A stretch of 30,068 nt of DNA from Hyphomicrobiaceae bacterium (GTDB taxonomy: Bacteria; Pseudomonadota; Alphaproteobacteria; Rhizobiales; Hyphomicrobiaceae): NCBI GenBank assembly GCA_047972825.1, contig JBKEAX010000194.1, positions 1 to 30,068 on the forward strand, read 5' to 3'. The translations under genes were made by a program, and so were the position numbers. Below the pieces are notes generated by a model. The model made no database searches, was not told where the DNA came from, and saw only the letters and a list, made by a program, of their open reading frames with translations. The first letter of the stretch is position 1. Each line of letters starts with the position of its first letter. This document shows, in pieces, positions 28,641 through 30,068 of this stretch.

Positions 28641-30068
28641 GTGCCTTCATTCTCAAACAGCCTGGAGAGTGCACTTCACCGTGCGCTCGAATATGCAAAC
28701 GAGCGTCGCCACGAAGCAGCCACGCTTGAGCATTTGCTTTTGGCCCTGGTCGACGATCGTGACGCGTCTGCTGTCATGCGGGCATGCAGTGTCGATATCG
28801 AAAAACTGCGCCAGCGGCTTCTCGAATTTGTCGATAGCGAACTGGACTATCTCGTTGTGCAAACGAGCAGCGAGGCAGCCCCGACGCAGGCGTTCCAACG
28901 TGTCATTCATCGCGCGGTGGTGCACGTGCAGTCCTCGGGCCGCGAAGAGGTGACAGGTGCCAACGTGCTTGTCGCCATTTTTGCCGAGCGCGAAAGCAAT
29001 GCCGCCTACTTCCTGCAAGAACAGGATATGACGCGGTTCGATGCGATCCAGTACATCAGCCACGGCCTTGCCAAGCGGCCTGGGCTTTCTGAGCCGCGTG
29101 CCGTGTCTGGCGTGGACGAGGACACCGCGCGCGAAGGCGAGGACAAGAAATCAAGCAATGATGCTCTCAATACCTATTGCGTGAATCTCAACAACAAGGC
29201 GCGCGATGGAAAGATCGATCCTTTGATCGGCCGGGAGCCCGAGGTTCTGCGAACAATCCAGGTGCTGTGCAGGCGGCAGAAGAACAACCCTTTGCTGGTT
29301 GGTGATCCCGGCGTTGGAAAGACAGCCATTGCGGAAGGACTTGCGCGCAAGATCACCAAGGGTGACGTACCCGAGGTTCTGCGCGATGCAACGATCTTTG
29401 CTCTCGACATGGGCACGTTGCTGGCTGGCACCCGTTACCGTGGCGACTTCGAAGAGCGCCTCAAGGCAGTGATGAGGGAAATCGAGAACTATCCTGGTGC
29501 GGTCCTGTTCATTGACGAGATTCACACCGTAATTGGTGCAGGTGCCACGTCGGGCGGGGCCATGGACGCTTCCAACCTGCTGAAACCCGCATTGCAGTCA
29601 GGTACGGTTCGGTGCATTGGCTCGACAACCTACAAGGAATATCGTCAGCACTTCGAGAAGGACCGTGCGCTTGTTCGGCGGTTCCAGAAAATCGACGTCA
29701 AGGAGCCGACAGTTGAGGATTCAATCGAAATCCTGAAAGGTCTGAAGCCCTATTTCGAGGACTTCCACCAGATCAAGTACAACAACGACGCGATCAAGGC
29801 GGCGGTGGAGCTGTCGGCCAAGTATATTCACGACCGCAAGCTGCCCGACAAGGCGATCGATGTGATCGACGAGACTGGCGCATCGCAAATGCTGGTGCCT
29901 GAAGGCAAGCGGCGCAAAAAAATCACCGTCAAGGAGATCGAAGCAACGGTTGCGACAATGGCGCGGATCCCACCCAAGACCGTGACCAAGTCTGACGCGG
30001 AGGTGATTGGCAACCTTGAACGCGATCTCAAGCGTCTGGTGTTCGGGCAGACCAAGGCGATCGAAGCG
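28641..30068 (+). CDS. clpA: ATP-dependent Clp protease ATP-binding subunit ClpA (3' truncated by the window)
   Basis: GTG 28641 gives MPSFSNSLESALHRALEYANERRHE..LEHLLLAL; IDPLIGRE, Walker A GDPGVGKT, GTRYRGDFEERLK, LFIDEIH, LPDKAIDVIDE; follows clpS. Confidence 0.97.
   Translation, partial: MPSFSNSLESALHRALEYANERRHEAATLEHLLLALVDDRDASAVMRACSVDIEKLRQRLLEFVDSELDYLVVQTSSEAAPTQAFQRVIHRAVVHVQSSGREEVTGANVLVAIFAERESNAAYFLQEQDMTRFDAIQYISHGLAKRPGLSEPRAVSGVDEDTAREGEDKKSSNDALNTYCVNLNNKARDGKIDPLIGREPEVLRTIQVLCRRQKNNPLLVGDPGVGKTAIAEGLARKITKGDVPEVLRDATIFALDMGTLLAGTRYRGDFEERLKAVMREIENYPGAVLFIDEIHTVIGAGATSGGAMDASNLLKPALQSGTVRCIGSTTYKEYRQHFEKDRALVRRFQKIDVKEPTVEDSIEILKGLKPYFEDFHQIKYNNDAIKAAVELSAKYIHDRKLPDKAIDVIDETGASQMLVPEGKRRKKITVKEIEATVATMARIPPKTVTKSDAEVIGNLERDLKRLVFGQTKAIEA

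Overview
Mostly core chromosome of an alphaproteobacterium; gene content and intergenic repeat style suggest Hyphomicrobiales (inference). Left to right: the tip of an IS5-family element (first 10 transposase codons plus left end); a TetR / alpha-beta hydrolase divergon with two clear operators; a TPP-riboswitch operon (membrane protein - MmcQ/YjbR - thiC, joined by ATGA overlaps); DUF302; a second TetR; DUF3565; a Zn-PLC/P1-like-DUF4332 fusion; a degenerate beta-hydroxyacid dehydrogenase; a MoxR-DUF58-BatA/DUF4159-GATase-like operon; DUF1285; usg; a lipoprotein; a secreted Gly/Arg/Tyr/His-repeat protein; a GNAT; an Aap/Bzt-type amino-acid ABC transporter in P-J-Q-M order; a SPOR-domain DD-carboxypeptidase; a phasin with PhaR boxes; and clpS-clpA (clpA truncated at the window edge). 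The most interesting layer is non-coding. The IS end carries a self-palindromic 12-mer (GGGTCCGGACCC) that recurs five more times as isolated intergenic copies, possibly deletion scars of that IS. The IS appears inserted at the central TA of a two-hairpin MITE-like repeat whose intact copy lies 5.2 kb away. RIME-like repeats overlap the stop codons of two genes. No CRISPR array, rRNA or tRNA was seen. Family assignments are from motif recognition, not database searches.
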